From assembly GCA_965238005.1 (NCBI GenBank), contig OZ250165.1, positions 2,016,001 to 2,080,000 on the forward strand: a stretch of DNA of 64,000 nucleotides, in the 5' to 3' direction. Below are positions 8,715 to 18,333 of this stretch, piece by piece; positions within the stretch are counted from its first letter, which is position 1; each line of letters opens with the position of its first letter. A program made the position numbers and the translations under genes. The notes beneath the pieces are model-generated. The model did no database searches, was not told the origin of the DNA, and saw nothing but the letters and a program-made list of their open reading frames with translations. Source of the stretch: Longimicrobiales bacterium (lineage in GTDB: Bacteria; Gemmatimonadota; Gemmatimonadetes; Longimicrobiales; Gaopeijiaceae).

Positions 8715-11700
8715 GCCTCTTCTTTAGTCTCTTCCCCAGCCTCGTCTACAGATTCCTCTACCTCTTCGGCGGAGTCGCCCACATCGTCGGCGGAAGCCGT
8801 CGGCGCCTCCACTTCGGCGGCGGCCTCTTCGACGTCGGCCTCACCCTCCGGCTCGTCTGCGGCTTCCGCGGCGGCCTCTTCGGGCTCGTCCTCGGGCTCC
8901 GCCTCGGCTTCCGGCGCATTCTCAGCATCTGCGGCAGCCTCTTCGACGTCGGCCTCACCCTCCGGCTCGTCTGCGGCTTCCGCGGCGGCCTCTTCGGGCT
9001 CGTCCTCGGGCTCCGCCTCGGCTTCCGGCGCATTCTCAGCATCTGCGGCAGCCTCTTCGACGTCGGCCTCACCCTCCGGCTCGTCTGCGGCTTCCGCGGC
9101 GGCCTCTTCGGGCTCGTCCTCGGGCTCCGCCTCGGCTTCCGGCGCATTCTCAGCATCTGCGGCAGCCTCTTCGACGTCGGCCTCACCCTCCGGCTCGTCT
9201 GCGGCTTCCGCGGCGGCCTCTTCGGGCTCGTCCTCGGGCTCCGCCTCGGCTTCCGGCGCATTCTCAGCATCTGCGGCAGCCTCTTCGACGTCGGCCTCAC
9301 CCTCCGGCTCGTCTGCGGCTTCCGCGGCGGCCTCTTCGGGCTCGTCCTCGGGCTCCGCCTCGGCTTCCGGCGCATTCTCAGCATCTGCGGCAGCCTCTTC
9401 GACGTCGGCCTCACCCTCCGGCTCGTCTGCGGCTTCCGCGGCGGCCTCTTCGGGCTCGTCCTCGGGCTCCGCCTCGGCTTCCGGCGCATTCTCAGCATCT
9501 GCGGCAGCCTCTTCGACGTCGGCCTCACCCTCCGGCTCGTCTGCGGCTTCCGCGGCGGCCTCTTCGGGCTCGTCCTCGGGCTCCGCCTCGGCTTCCGGCG
9601 CATTCTCAGCATCTGCGGCAGCCTCTTCGACGTCGGCCTCACCCTCCGGCTCGTCTGCGGCTTCCGCGGCGGCCTCTTCGGGCTCGTCCTCGGGCTCCGC
9701 CTCGGCTTCCGGCGCATTCTCAGCATCTGCGGCAGCCTCTTCGACGTCGGCCTCACCCTCCGGCTCGTCTGCGGCTTCCGCGGCGGCCTCTTCGGGCTCG
9801 TCCTCGGGCTCCGCCTCGGCTTCCGGCGCATCTGAGGCTTCCGCGACGGCCTCTTCCACGTGGGCATCACCTTCGGGCTCATCTGCAGCCTCGACGGCTG
9901 ACTCGTCCCCTTCTTCGGCCGCGGCGGCGTCCGCCTCAGGGGCGCCCTCCCCGTCTGCCTCGGCCTCGGGCTCCTCCTCGGGCTCCGGCAGATCAATCCG
10001 CTCGGGCACCTCAATGACCTCGAGCACGATACGGCGATTGCCGGCGTCGGACTCAATGACCTTTAGCTTCAGGGCTTCACCGCGCCTGAAGTACTCACCG
10101 AGCACCGCGCCTTCATCCACCCCCGTGTGTGACGTGGGCGAGAAGCCTTCTATGTCGTCGCCCAGATCCACGACGACGCCCTTCTCCTGCACACGAGCCA
10201 CCGCTCCCTCGGGCTCCACGCCCGCGGAGAAGCGCTCGGAGATGCCGGGCCAGGGATCGTCCTGGAGCTGCTTGATCCCCAGCGAGATCCGCTTCGCCTC
10301 GGCATCGACGTCGAGTACCAGCACCTGCACCTCGTCGCCCTTCTGAACGATCTCGGAGGGGTGCTCCACCCGCTTGGTCCAGCTCATGTCGGAGACGTGC
10401 ACCAGGCCGTCGATTCCGGGTTCGATCTCGACGAAGGCCCCGAAGGACGTGAGGTTCCGAACGGTACCGGCCAGATGCGTGCCGGTGGGGTACTTCACCG
10501 GGAGCCCCAGCCACGGATCTTCCTCGATCTGCTTCATGCCGAGGGAGATTTTTTCGTCCTGAGGATCGACCTTCAACACCACCGCCTCGATCTCGTCTCC
10601 GATGTTCACGAGCTTCGAGGGGTGTCGGATGTTGCGGGTCCACGACATCTCGGAGATGTGGACCAGTCCCTCGACCCCCTTCTGGAGCTCGATGAACGCG
10701 CCGTAGTTCGTGATCGAGACGACCTTTCCGCGGACACGGGCACCCACCGGGTACTTTATGTCGATGTCGGTCCAGGGATAAGGCAGGAGCTGCTTCAGCC
10801 CCAGGGAGATGCGCTCGCGGTCCCAATCGATATCCAGAACCTTCACGTCGATCATCGACCCGATGTCCACCACCTCGCCTGGGTGACCAACTCGGCCCCA
10901 CGACATGTCGGTGATGTGCAGGAGTCCGTCGAGCCCACCCAGATCGATGAACGCACCGAAGTCGGTGACGTTCTTGACCGCGCCCTCGCGGACCTGCCCA
11001 ACGAGGAGCTCCTTGACCAGCGTCTCGCGCTTTCTCTCGCGCTCTCCCTCGAGGATCACCCGACGCGACACGACGATATTCCGCCGGCGCTTGTTGAGCT
11101 TGATGATCTTGAACTCGAAGGTCTGTCCCAGGAGATCTTCGATGTTCGGCACCCTCCGAAGAGCGATCTGCGAGCCGGGCAAGAACGCGTCGACACCCAT
11201 GATGTCGACGGTGACGCCACCCTTGATCTTGCGGGTCAGCACACCCTCGACGGGCTCGTCCGCCTCGTGGGCCTCGCGGATTCTTTCCCACACCCGCAGG
11301 AAGTCGGCCTTCTTCTTGGAGAGCACGACGATGCCGTCCTCGTCCTCAAGGCTCTCGAGAAGAACCTCGACCTCCTGGCCTGGCTCGATGGCGTGGCGGT
11401 CCTTGAACTCGTCCAGGGCCACGGCCCCTTCACTCTTGAAGCCGAATTCCAGGATGACCATGCTGTCGGTCACCCGCAGGACCTTCGCGTTGACGATCTC
11501 TCCCTCGCGGAAGTCGCCGATAGCGTCAGCGTGCTGCGAGAGCAGGGCCTCGAAATCCGCAGCGGAGACGTCGAGCTTCTCCTCCCCGTAGGGATCGGCG
11601 ACGAGCTCCGGAGAGATTCCTTCAGCGGCTGCCACCACCGCGATGGCGTGGTCGGTAGCTCCACCATTCGCCTCGGACGCAGCTACCTCGGCGGCTGCCT

Positions 11701-11830
11701 CGGGGCCGGCACCGTCGATGGGCGCTTCTTCAGAGCCAGCCTCTGTTGTGTTGTCGGGAGCTTCCGCGGAGGCGGCTTCGAGGAGTTCGGAGGAGGGGGT
11801 TTCTGGGTTCTGGGTTTCTTGGTTAGCCAT
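8711..11830 (-). CDS. rpsA: 30S ribosomal protein S1 with very long acidic repetitive C-terminal extension
   Basis: Six S1 domains (FKSEG, AFLPGSQ, DFGAFIDLGG, YGAFIEL, FGAFVEIEPG); cmk-rpsA synteny. Confidence 0.95.
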   Translation of the reverse strand: MANQETQNPETPSSELLEAASAEAPDNTTEAGSEEAPIDGAGPEAAAEVAASEANGGATDHAIAVVAAAEGISPELVADPYGEEKLDVSAADFEALLSQHADAIGDFREGEIVNAKVLRVTDSMVILEFGFKSEGAVALDEFKDRHAIEPGQEVEVLLESLEDEDGIVVLSKKKADFLRVWERIREAHEADEPVEGVLTRKIKGGVTVDIMGVDAFLPGSQIALRRVPNIEDLLGQTFEFKIIKLNKRRRNIVVSRRVILEGERERKRETLVKELLVGQVREGAVKNVTDFGAFIDLGGLDGLLHITDMSWGRVGHPGEVVDIGSMIDVKVLDIDWDRERISLGLKQLLPYPWTDIDIKYPVGARVRGKVVSITNYGAFIELQKGVEGLVHISEMSWTRNIRHPSKLVNIGDEIEAVVLKVDPQDEKISLGMKQIEEDPWLGLPVKYPTGTHLAGTVRNLTSFGAFVEIEPGIDGLVHVSDMSWTKRVEHPSEIVQKGDEVQVLVLDVDAEAKRISLGIKQLQDDPWPGISERFSAGVEPEGAVARVQEKGVVVDLGDDIEGFSPTSHTGVDEGAVLGEYFRRGEALKLKVIESDAGNRRIVLEVIEVPERIDLPEPEEEPEAEADGEGAPEADAAAAEEGDESAVEAADEPEGDAHVEEAVAEASDAPEAEAEPEDEPEEAAAEAADEPEGEADVEEAAADAENAPEAEAEPEDEPEEAAAEAADEPEGEADVEEAAADAENAPEAEAEPEDEPEEAAAEAADEPEGEADVEEAAADAENAPEAEAEPEDEPEEAAAEAADEPEGEADVEEAAADAENAPEAEAEPEDEPEEAAAEAADEPEGEADVEEAAADAENAPEAEAEPEDEPEEAAAEAADEPEGEADVEEAAADAENAPEAEAEPEDEPEEAAAEAADEPEGEADVEEAAADAENAPEAEAEPEDEPEEAAAEAADEPEGEADVEEAAADAENAPEAEAEPEDEPEEAAAEAADEPEGEADVEEAAAEVEAPTASADDVGDSAEEVEESVDEAGEETKEEA
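8823..9831. repeat. Perfect in-frame tandem repeat, 114-bp unit x ~8.85
   Basis: GCATTCTCAGCATC recurs at 8916, 9030 ... 9714 with exact period 114; unit encodes EPEDEPEEAAAEAADEPEGEADVEEAAADAENAPEAEA. Confidence 0.97.
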
Positions 11831-11968
11831 GGTTCATTCACCGACCCGATCTGCCGGTGCCTGATCTCGCCGGACCCGCCTGCAGCGCCTCGGCCCGGGT
11901 TGAGGTGGTCGGAAAAGGGATAGGAGACCCCGGCGCTTGGGGCCTAGCGAGGTGAAGCTACCGGGGCC

Positions 11969-12673
11969 TCACAAGGCAGTCAAGTCCTTCACCCGCTTCA
12001 AGATGAGTGATACCTGCTCCTCGAACGAGAGGGCCGTCGTGTCCACCTCGAATGCGTCTTCTGGCCGGCGCAGTGGAGCGAGCTCACGGTCGCTGTCCGT
12101 CCGGTCTCTATCCTCGATTCTCTCGGCTTCAGCTTCGATCTCGTCAGTGTTCGGGTCCACTCCGAAATCCTGAAGCAATCGACGGCGCGCCCTCGCCTCG
12201 AGCCCTGCCACCAGAAACACCTTCAGGTCCGCGTCGGGGAAGACGACGGTGCCCATGTCCCGGCCGTCCGCCACGAGATTTCCGTGCACGCCCAGCGCAC
12301 GCTGGGTACCGAGCAGCCACTGACGGACTGCGGGCAGGCTTGCAACGACCGGAACGTACTTGGTCACTTCAGCCGTGCGCAGCTCGGAAGAAAGCGCCTT
12401 GCCGTGACGGTGGATGTCCACTCGAGCGTCACCGGGCCCGGCCTGAACGCCAAGGTCATCGAGATCCGTGGAGGTGAGCGCAGGCCACTCCTCAGGGGGC
12501 ATCCTCTCCTCCAGCAGCGCGAACGTCAGCGCCCGATAGAGCCCTCCGGAATCGAGATGGCGAAATCCCAGGCGCCGGGCCAACTCCCGGGCCGTGGTAG
12601 TCTTTCCCGAGCCCGCCGGGCCGTCGAGGGTGACGACCAGTCCGCCGCGGGGAGGGTCCGGAGGCCCATTCAT
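11969..12673 (-). CDS. cmk: Cytidylate kinase
   Basis: DGPAGSGKTT, LDSGGLYRA, DGRDMGTVVFPDA, RDRTDSDR. Confidence 0.95.
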   Translation of the reverse strand: MNGPPDPPRGGLVVTLDGPAGSGKTTTARELARRLGFRHLDSGGLYRALTFALLEERMPPEEWPALTSTDLDDLGVQAGPGDARVDIHRHGKALSSELRTAEVTKYVPVVASLPAVRQWLLGTQRALGVHGNLVADGRDMGTVVFPDADLKVFLVAGLEARARRRLLQDFGVDPNTDEIEAEAERIEDRDRTDSDRELAPLRRPEDAFEVDTTALSFEEQVSLILKRVKDLTAL

Positions 12674-14001
12674 GGCGGTCCACCCGTCCCGGCCTCTCCC
12701 CCCGGCCTCGAGGAGAGCCGCTCCAGCATCTTCCAGAATCCAGGGAAGCTGACGTCGACGACGGATGTGTTCTCCACCTCGATGCGGTTGCCCGGGAGGG
12801 CTCCCAAAACCCCGAACGCCATGGCGATGCGGTGATCGTGGTGGCTGAGGACGCGTCCCTCCAAGGGCAGGTCCTTACCCACGATCTCGAGGCCGTCCTC
12901 GAGCTCCTCGGCCTCGACCCCCACGGCCCGGAGGTTCTCCACGAGGGCCCGGATCCGATCGGACTCCTTGACCCTGAGCTCGGAGGCGCCCGTGATGCGG
13001 GTGGCCCCCGAAGCCCGGGCGGCCGCCACTGCCAGGATCGGGAACTCGTCGACCATGGCGGGCACTTCTCGTTCCGTCACCTCCGCCGCCTGGAGCGTCG
13101 AGGGCGACACCCGGAGCTCTCCGACCGGCTCCCCGGCTCCACCCGACTCGGCCCCTCCTCCGTCACCGGCTTCCACCACTTCGATACTGGCCCCCATGCG
13201 CGCCAGCACCGAGAGGAGTCCCGTTCTGGTGGGGTTCAGGCCCACATGCCCGATGGCCAGGCCACCTTCCACACCACCGAGAAGCGCCAGCACCACGAAG
13301 AACGCGGCCGACGAGAAGTCCCCCGGTACTTCCAGATCCAGGGGGTCGATGGTAGATGGGGTGTCCCGGAGCTCCACGCGCCAGCGGCCGCCACTCTCGT
13401 GGGATATGACAGAGGCTCCCACCATGCTCAACATGCGCTCCGTATGGTCCCGTGAGCGGCGCGGCTCGGAGACGAGCACGAACGCCTCGCCCACAAGGCC
13501 GGCCAGGAGCAGGGCGCTCTTCACCTGAGCGCTGGCCACCGGCGAATCGTAGTCCAACGCCTGGAGCGTAGAGCCGACTACCTCGAGAGGAAGCCGATCC
13601 GGCTCTCCTAACTCCCGGAACGTGGCACCCATGTGGGAGAGTGGACGGGTCACCCGACCCATGGGTCGGCTGCGGAGAGACTCGTCGCCGGTCACCCTGG
13701 TTGTGAAGGGCTGCCCGGCCAGCACGCCCAGCATGAGGCGAGCTCCGGTCCCGCTGTTCTTGAAGTCGAGGATGCGGTCCGGCTCCCGAAAGCCGTGCCG
13801 GCCCAAACCCTGCACCCGAATCTCGGACCCCTCCTCCGGCAGTGGCGGAAAGTCCATGCCCAATGCCCGCAGGACCGACGCTGTCGCCTGGGGGTCCTCC
13901 CCCGGCAGAACTCCCCGCAACCGGCTCTCGCCCGTGGCGAGAGAAGCGAGGATCAGGGCACGCTGGGAAATGGATTTGTCGCCCGGAACCCTGATCCTCA
14001 T
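12670..14001 (-). CDS. aroA: EPSP synthase (3-phosphoshikimate 1-carboxyvinyltransferase); start ATG 14001, TGATG-coupled to tyrA
   Basis: PGDKSISQR, NSGT, SAQVKSA, RDHTE, RVKESDRI, DHRIAM. Confidence 0.95.
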   Translation of the reverse strand: MRIRVPGDKSISQRALILASLATGESRLRGVLPGEDPQATASVLRALGMDFPPLPEEGSEIRVQGLGRHGFREPDRILDFKNSGTGARLMLGVLAGQPFTTRVTGDESLRSRPMGRVTRPLSHMGATFRELGEPDRLPLEVVGSTLQALDYDSPVASAQVKSALLLAGLVGEAFVLVSEPRRSRDHTERMLSMVGASVISHESGGRWRVELRDTPSTIDPLDLEVPGDFSSAAFFVVLALLGGVEGGLAIGHVGLNPTRTGLLSVLARMGASIEVVEAGDGGGAESGGAGEPVGELRVSPSTLQAAEVTEREVPAMVDEFPILAVAAARASGATRITGASELRVKESDRIRALVENLRAVGVEAEELEDGLEIVGKDLPLEGRVLSHHDHRIAMAFGVLGALPGNRIEVENTSVVDVSFPGFWKMLERLSSRPGGEAGTGGPP

Positions 14002-14846
14002 CACCCGTCGCACCTCCACGTCCGGATTTGGTCCATCATGACTCCGACGCCCTCCACATCCCCTACCCCAAGAGCTGCACGTATGGCGTCGAGCTCCTTC
14101 TCCAGAGTCTCCAGTGCCGGCACGTCCTGGCTGGCCGACACCGTCATAAGATCGCGCCACATTTCGGACGAACTCATGGCCAGCCGTGTCATGTCCAAAC
14201 CGCCGGGACCGAGATCGGCGACCTCGAGCCCCTGAGCGGCCATGACCCTGGCGAGGGCTGTCGCCACAAGCTGGGGGAGGTGGCTCGCCCAGACCATGAG
14301 CCGGTCATGCTCGGCAGCCTCGACCGGGCGGGTCCGAGCGCCCAGCGAGCGCCAGAAGGCGTCGATGCGCTCCACGTGGTCCTCCTCTGCGTCTCCGCGA
14401 ACCAACCACACGGTGTGGTCGACGAACAGGTCCTCGACCGCGGCGCAAAACCCGGATCCGGTTCCTCCCACCATGGGGTGGGCACCTACGTACGAGGCCG
14501 CGAACCCCTGCTCCCGCGCCTGGCGGAGGAGCGGCTCCTTGAGACTCACCACGTCGGTGACCGCGGCCTCGCCCCACCACCCCGCATGCGTCGCCATGAG
14601 CTCGAGAGTAACACCCAGGGGCGTGGCGTAGACCACAACGTCCTGGTCGCGGACGGCGTCCCCGGGTGTCTCGGCCGCGGCGTCGAGGATGCCGGCATCG
14701 AGCACCTCTCGGGCGTCCTCCGAGTCCCTGGTGAACGCCGTGACCCGAGGGGCCGGCTCGAGCCTCCTCAGTGCCCGGGCAACCGATCCTCCCATGAGGC
14801 CCAGGCCCACGATCCCCACGTGCTCCCGCGGGTCGGCCGAGCCCAT
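14001..14846 (-). CDS. tyrA: Prephenate/arogenate dehydrogenase
   Basis: GLGLMGGS, TDVVSLK, GAHPMVG, HD...SHLPQL, DMTRLA. Confidence 0.9.
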   Translation of the reverse strand: MGSADPREHVGIVGLGLMGGSVARALRRLEPAPRVTAFTRDSEDAREVLDAGILDAAAETPGDAVRDQDVVVYATPLGVTLELMATHAGWWGEAAVTDVVSLKEPLLRQAREQGFAASYVGAHPMVGGTGSGFCAAVEDLFVDHTVWLVRGDAEEDHVERIDAFWRSLGARTRPVEAAEHDRLMVWASHLPQLVATALARVMAAQGLEVADLGPGGLDMTRLAMSSSEMWRDLMTVSASQDVPALETLEKELDAIRAALGVGDVEGVGVMMDQIRTWRCDG

Positions 14847-14848
14847 GG

Positions 14849-15853
14849 CTAGCCCATACCCTCGCCGGTAGCCGCACCCTCGTTGGCGAGGGAGTCCTCG
14901 GCGTCTCCGCGGTCCATTCCGGCCTCCCCCTCCCCCTCGGCGTCGTCGCTGTGCGGGATCTCCACCACGAGGCCGTCTCGGGCTACCACGGCCTCCGGGT
15001 AGACCTCCCGAGCCTCTTGCTCCAAGGGTGCTGGGTCGTCGGCATAACGAGCGGAGACGTGCGTGAGGCAGAGGCGCGCAACGCCAGCCTTGAGGGCCAC
15101 TGCGGCAGCGCCCCGCGCGGTGCTGTGGTATGTCTGGTGGGCCCTGTCCGCCTCTTCGTCACCGAAGGTCGCCTCGTGGATGAGCAGAGCGGCCCCGGTT
15201 GCCATCTCCATGATGGTATCCGCCGGGCGGGTATCTCCCGTGTACACGACCACTCGACCAGGCCGAGGAGTGCCCACCACCTCGGCGGCCTCGATCATCC
15301 GGCCGTCCACCTCCACGGCTTCGCCGCTGTGTAACTTGCCGAAAAGGGGGCCTTCCGGAATGCCCAGAGCCTGGGCGCGCTCCACGTCGAAGCGTCCCAG
15401 CCGCTCGTGCTCCACCAGTGCATAGCCCAGCGCCTGCGTCCCGTGGTTCACGCGTAACGCCACCACATCGTATTCCTCTTGGGACACGCGCGCGCCCACC
15501 TCGAGCTCCTGGATGGTGAGGGGGAACGAAACGCCATCCACACCCAACTCCACGGCATTCTGGAGCGTGGCGCGGGACCCCGGCGGCCCGTAGATGTGCA
15601 GTGGCTCGGTCCGGCCCTGGAGCGCCATGGTCCGCAACAGGCCGGTGATCCCCAGAAAGTGATCCGCGTGGAGATGCGTGATGAAGATTTCGCCCAGTGC
15701 GAAGCCCGTCGCGTACCGCATCATCTGACGCTGGGTGCCCTCGCCGCAGTCGAACAGGAAGACATCTCCCTCACGCTGGACAGCGATGGAGCTCACGTTG
15801 CGTCGAACCGTCGGACGGGAGGCCGCGGTTCCCAGAAAGGTGACTCGGATCAT
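14849..15853 (-). CDS. rnz: Ribonuclease Z
   Basis: FLGT, DCGEGTQRQ, THLHADH, GPLFGKL exosite, GDT, HEATF, HST, THVSARY. Confidence 0.93.
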   Translation of the reverse strand: MIRVTFLGTAASRPTVRRNVSSIAVQREGDVFLFDCGEGTQRQMMRYATGFALGEIFITHLHADHFLGITGLLRTMALQGRTEPLHIYGPPGSRATLQNAVELGVDGVSFPLTIQELEVGARVSQEEYDVVALRVNHGTQALGYALVEHERLGRFDVERAQALGIPEGPLFGKLHSGEAVEVDGRMIEAAEVVGTPRPGRVVVYTGDTRPADTIMEMATGAALLIHEATFGDEEADRAHQTYHSTARGAAAVALKAGVARLCLTHVSARYADDPAPLEQEAREVYPEAVVARDGLVVEIPHSDDAEGEGEAGMDRGDAEDSLANEGAATGEGMG

Positions 15854-15949
15854 CTCTGTTAGAGGCCTGTCGAAGAAGTCGGGCGAGCCGAGTTAGGAGC
15901 GCCACGGAGGTACGGAGGCCGCAGAGAAGGTAGCGCCCGGTCGGGCGCG

Positions 15950-18043
15950 TCAGAAGAGTCGGATCTGGAAGCGGAGGGTTCGTCCCGGCTGCGGCAATCC
16001 GCACTGATCGAAGATGGCTCTGTCCGTAACGTTCGCCAAGGAGACCAGCGCGTCGACCTTGGAGAATGTCCTGCGCCCTTCCAGCAGGAAAAGACGTCTG
16101 ACCTGGAGGTCCAGCCTGTGCGTCTCGTCGAGGCGGTCGAAGTCGCCGCTGTCGACGTTCACACAGAACTGTCGCCCGAGGTATCGGTACTCCCCGGAGA
16201 CGGTCGTGGCGGCCACCACCGGGAGCCCCAGGCTCAGCCGGGCAGCGAGGTTGGGCTCATACTCGGGCCGTGTGCGATCGTCGCCGCCTCCCCCGAATTG
16301 CCATGCCTGCTGGAGGGTTACGTCGCCAGCGTACTCGAGGCTGCTCAGGGCCCCTGTGGCAACGATCTCGAGGCCTGTGCTCCGGATGCGGTCCCGGTTC
16401 ACTCGTTGGCGCTTGGGTCCCTCAGGCGTCTCCACGCCGATCCGGACGATGCCGTCGGAGAGGATCTGATGGAACCCCACGATCTGCAAGTCGAGCCCGG
16501 GAAGGTCCCAGGTCAATCCCATCTCCGCACCGGCGAGGATCTCGGGCTTCAGGTCCGGATTGGGCCGGAAGCGGCCCAGGGCGTCGGAGTACAGCTCCCG
16601 GAGCGAGGGGAAGCGCGCGCGACGGCTGACTCCTCCGTGAAGGAGCAATCTGTTGCCCGCCGTGAGCGACGAGAAGCCGAGGCGGGCACCCCAGTTCCAC
16701 AGGCGGCCCAACGGGGGCTTGTCCGCCGACTCGGGGGTGTCCGCTCCGTCGACGGCCAGGCCCACGTTGAGCCGTGTGGCGCCCAGGCTCTCCCACCCGG
16801 GCAGATCGTCGAACCGCCATTCCGCCTCGGTTCCCAGGCTCCACAAGCGCTGGCGGAATTCCCTCTCGCCCTCGCCGGTCACCCGTTCAGTGTGTGACAC
16901 GTCGCCATACGTCAACGCCGCGCGCACGTCCGCCCGGTGGCTGATGGTGTGATCCCCGAGAATACGCAACGTAAGGGTCCGGTCGTCTCCCTCCTCCTCA
17001 CCGATCACCGTCTCGTACTCGGCGGTGCCGAACTGCTGGATCCGGAAAGAGCCCACGTCGATCCCGAGGCTTGCCTCCAGGTCACCCTCGCCCCAGCTCG
17101 TCTCACGGATACCGGTGCCGCCGGAGAACGCAGCCACGAATCGCGACTGGTCCGGATATCGCCAGAGTCTCGGCTCGGACTCGTGCGTCTCGGGGGGAAC
17201 CCCGCGATCCACGTCGAAGCCGGAGACCGTCAGCGAGGTCCAGGCGCCGCTATTCCCCTGGTAGCGCGTGGAGACGAACCCGTCGACGTGCCTGGAGTCA
17301 CTGTTGAGTCGCAGGTCTCCGTCCCGGGTGAGCAGCGCCCTCTCCCCGGGCTCCATGGAGTCCGAGTCTGGTAGGGTGATTCCGGACCGGTCCCTGAATC
17401 CAGCCCCAGCCTGGAGGAGCCACTGGCCGTCTCCGGACTCGATGAGCCGGGCCCCGGTGGCTCCGACCGTCAGCCCTCCCGTCTCGTCAACCGCCACGCT
17501 GAAGGTCGCAGGCGCGGGCTGCTCCATTCGCAGGTTTCCCCGCGCCACATCCACCTCCACGACGCCGGCGAGGACGTTCGGCCCGTGGAGGACCGACGAA
17601 AGCCCGCGCAGAAGGTTCACGGAGCGGGCCGCGGTCAGGGGGATGATCGAGAGATCGGTGCGATGATCCCAGCCCAGCGTCAGGGGAACGCCATCCACCA
17701 GAACCGCGATTTGCCGATCGGTGGCGCCACGCAGGCTGGGCTGAGCCTCGCCCCGGGAATTCACCCGAATCCGAACGAGAGGCATCTCCCGTAGCGCCTG
17801 CTCCAGCGTGGGAATCGGAACCGCGCCGAGGGAATCGAGGCGCAGCTCCACCGCGCCGACTCCTCCGGTAGCCGTGAGCTTCTGCCGGGCCAGCACCCGG
17901 ATCTCGGTCATGCGGAAGCTCTGCGGATACCCACCGAGCGTGTCCGACTGGATGGAGTCGGGAATCTGTGCGGCAGAAAAGCTCGGCAGCCCCAGGATCG
18001 CCACGTAAAGCCCGGAAAGGGTTCCGATGGTCGATCTACGCAT
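15950..18043 (-). CDS. TonB-dependent receptor
   Basis: Signal peptide, plug motifs (SLRG, VLVDGVP, RGLSSVLHG), NPDLKPE, C-terminal PGRTLRFQIRLF. Confidence 0.88.
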   Translation of the reverse strand: MRRSTIGTLSGLYVAILGLPSFSAAQIPDSIQSDTLGGYPQSFRMTEIRVLARQKLTATGGVGAVELRLDSLGAVPIPTLEQALREMPLVRIRVNSRGEAQPSLRGATDRQIAVLVDGVPLTLGWDHRTDLSIIPLTAARSVNLLRGLSSVLHGPNVLAGVVEVDVARGNLRMEQPAPATFSVAVDETGGLTVGATGARLIESGDGQWLLQAGAGFRDRSGITLPDSDSMEPGERALLTRDGDLRLNSDSRHVDGFVSTRYQGNSGAWTSLTVSGFDVDRGVPPETHESEPRLWRYPDQSRFVAAFSGGTGIRETSWGEGDLEASLGIDVGSFRIQQFGTAEYETVIGEEEGDDRTLTLRILGDHTISHRADVRAALTYGDVSHTERVTGEGEREFRQRLWSLGTEAEWRFDDLPGWESLGATRLNVGLAVDGADTPESADKPPLGRLWNWGARLGFSSLTAGNRLLLHGGVSRRARFPSLRELYSDALGRFRPNPDLKPEILAGAEMGLTWDLPGLDLQIVGFHQILSDGIVRIGVETPEGPKRQRVNRDRIRSTGLEIVATGALSSLEYAGDVTLQQAWQFGGGGDDRTRPEYEPNLAARLSLGLPVVAATTVSGEYRYLGRQFCVNVDSGDFDRLDETHRLDLQVRRLFLLEGRRTFSKVDALVSLANVTDRAIFDQCGLPQPGRTLRFQIRLF

Positions 18044-18249
18044 TTCGCCTACGGATGATGGCCTGCCTCCGTAATCGGTGTCTCAAGTGGACTCCGGGGG
18101 CCCTCTAACCAGGGCGACGCCCTCGGGACGGGCGAGGATGGCTCTTCGAGGCGGTGATAGTCCGGTTGTCGCCTTTTGTTCCGGGAAACCGAGGCCCCTC
18201 CGTTCAAAGTGTTGGACAGCCTCCACCGGGGAGCATATTCTGGTCTCTG

Positions 18250-18299
18250 GAAGGCTGTTGGGCATCTGCAACGCGACCCACTGTACTTCCTCAACAGCC
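18250..18299. repeat. Degenerate remnant of MITE family B
   Basis: GAAGGCTGTTG ... CACTGTACTTCCTCAACAGCC matches the 6494/6727 termini. Confidence 0.55.
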
Positions 18300-18333
18300 G
18301 TCGAGCTCAGCCCCTTTCTCGGTGAGGTTAACG

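Noticed and set aside
8823..9831. Possible CRISPR array
   Set aside because: Units are fully identical with no unique spacers, lie in frame within rpsA, and no cas genes are present
8758..10056. 432-aa Arg/Pro/Lys-rich repeat ORF
   Set aside because: Alternative frame of the rpsA tandem repeat, open only because the unit lacks a stop in that frame
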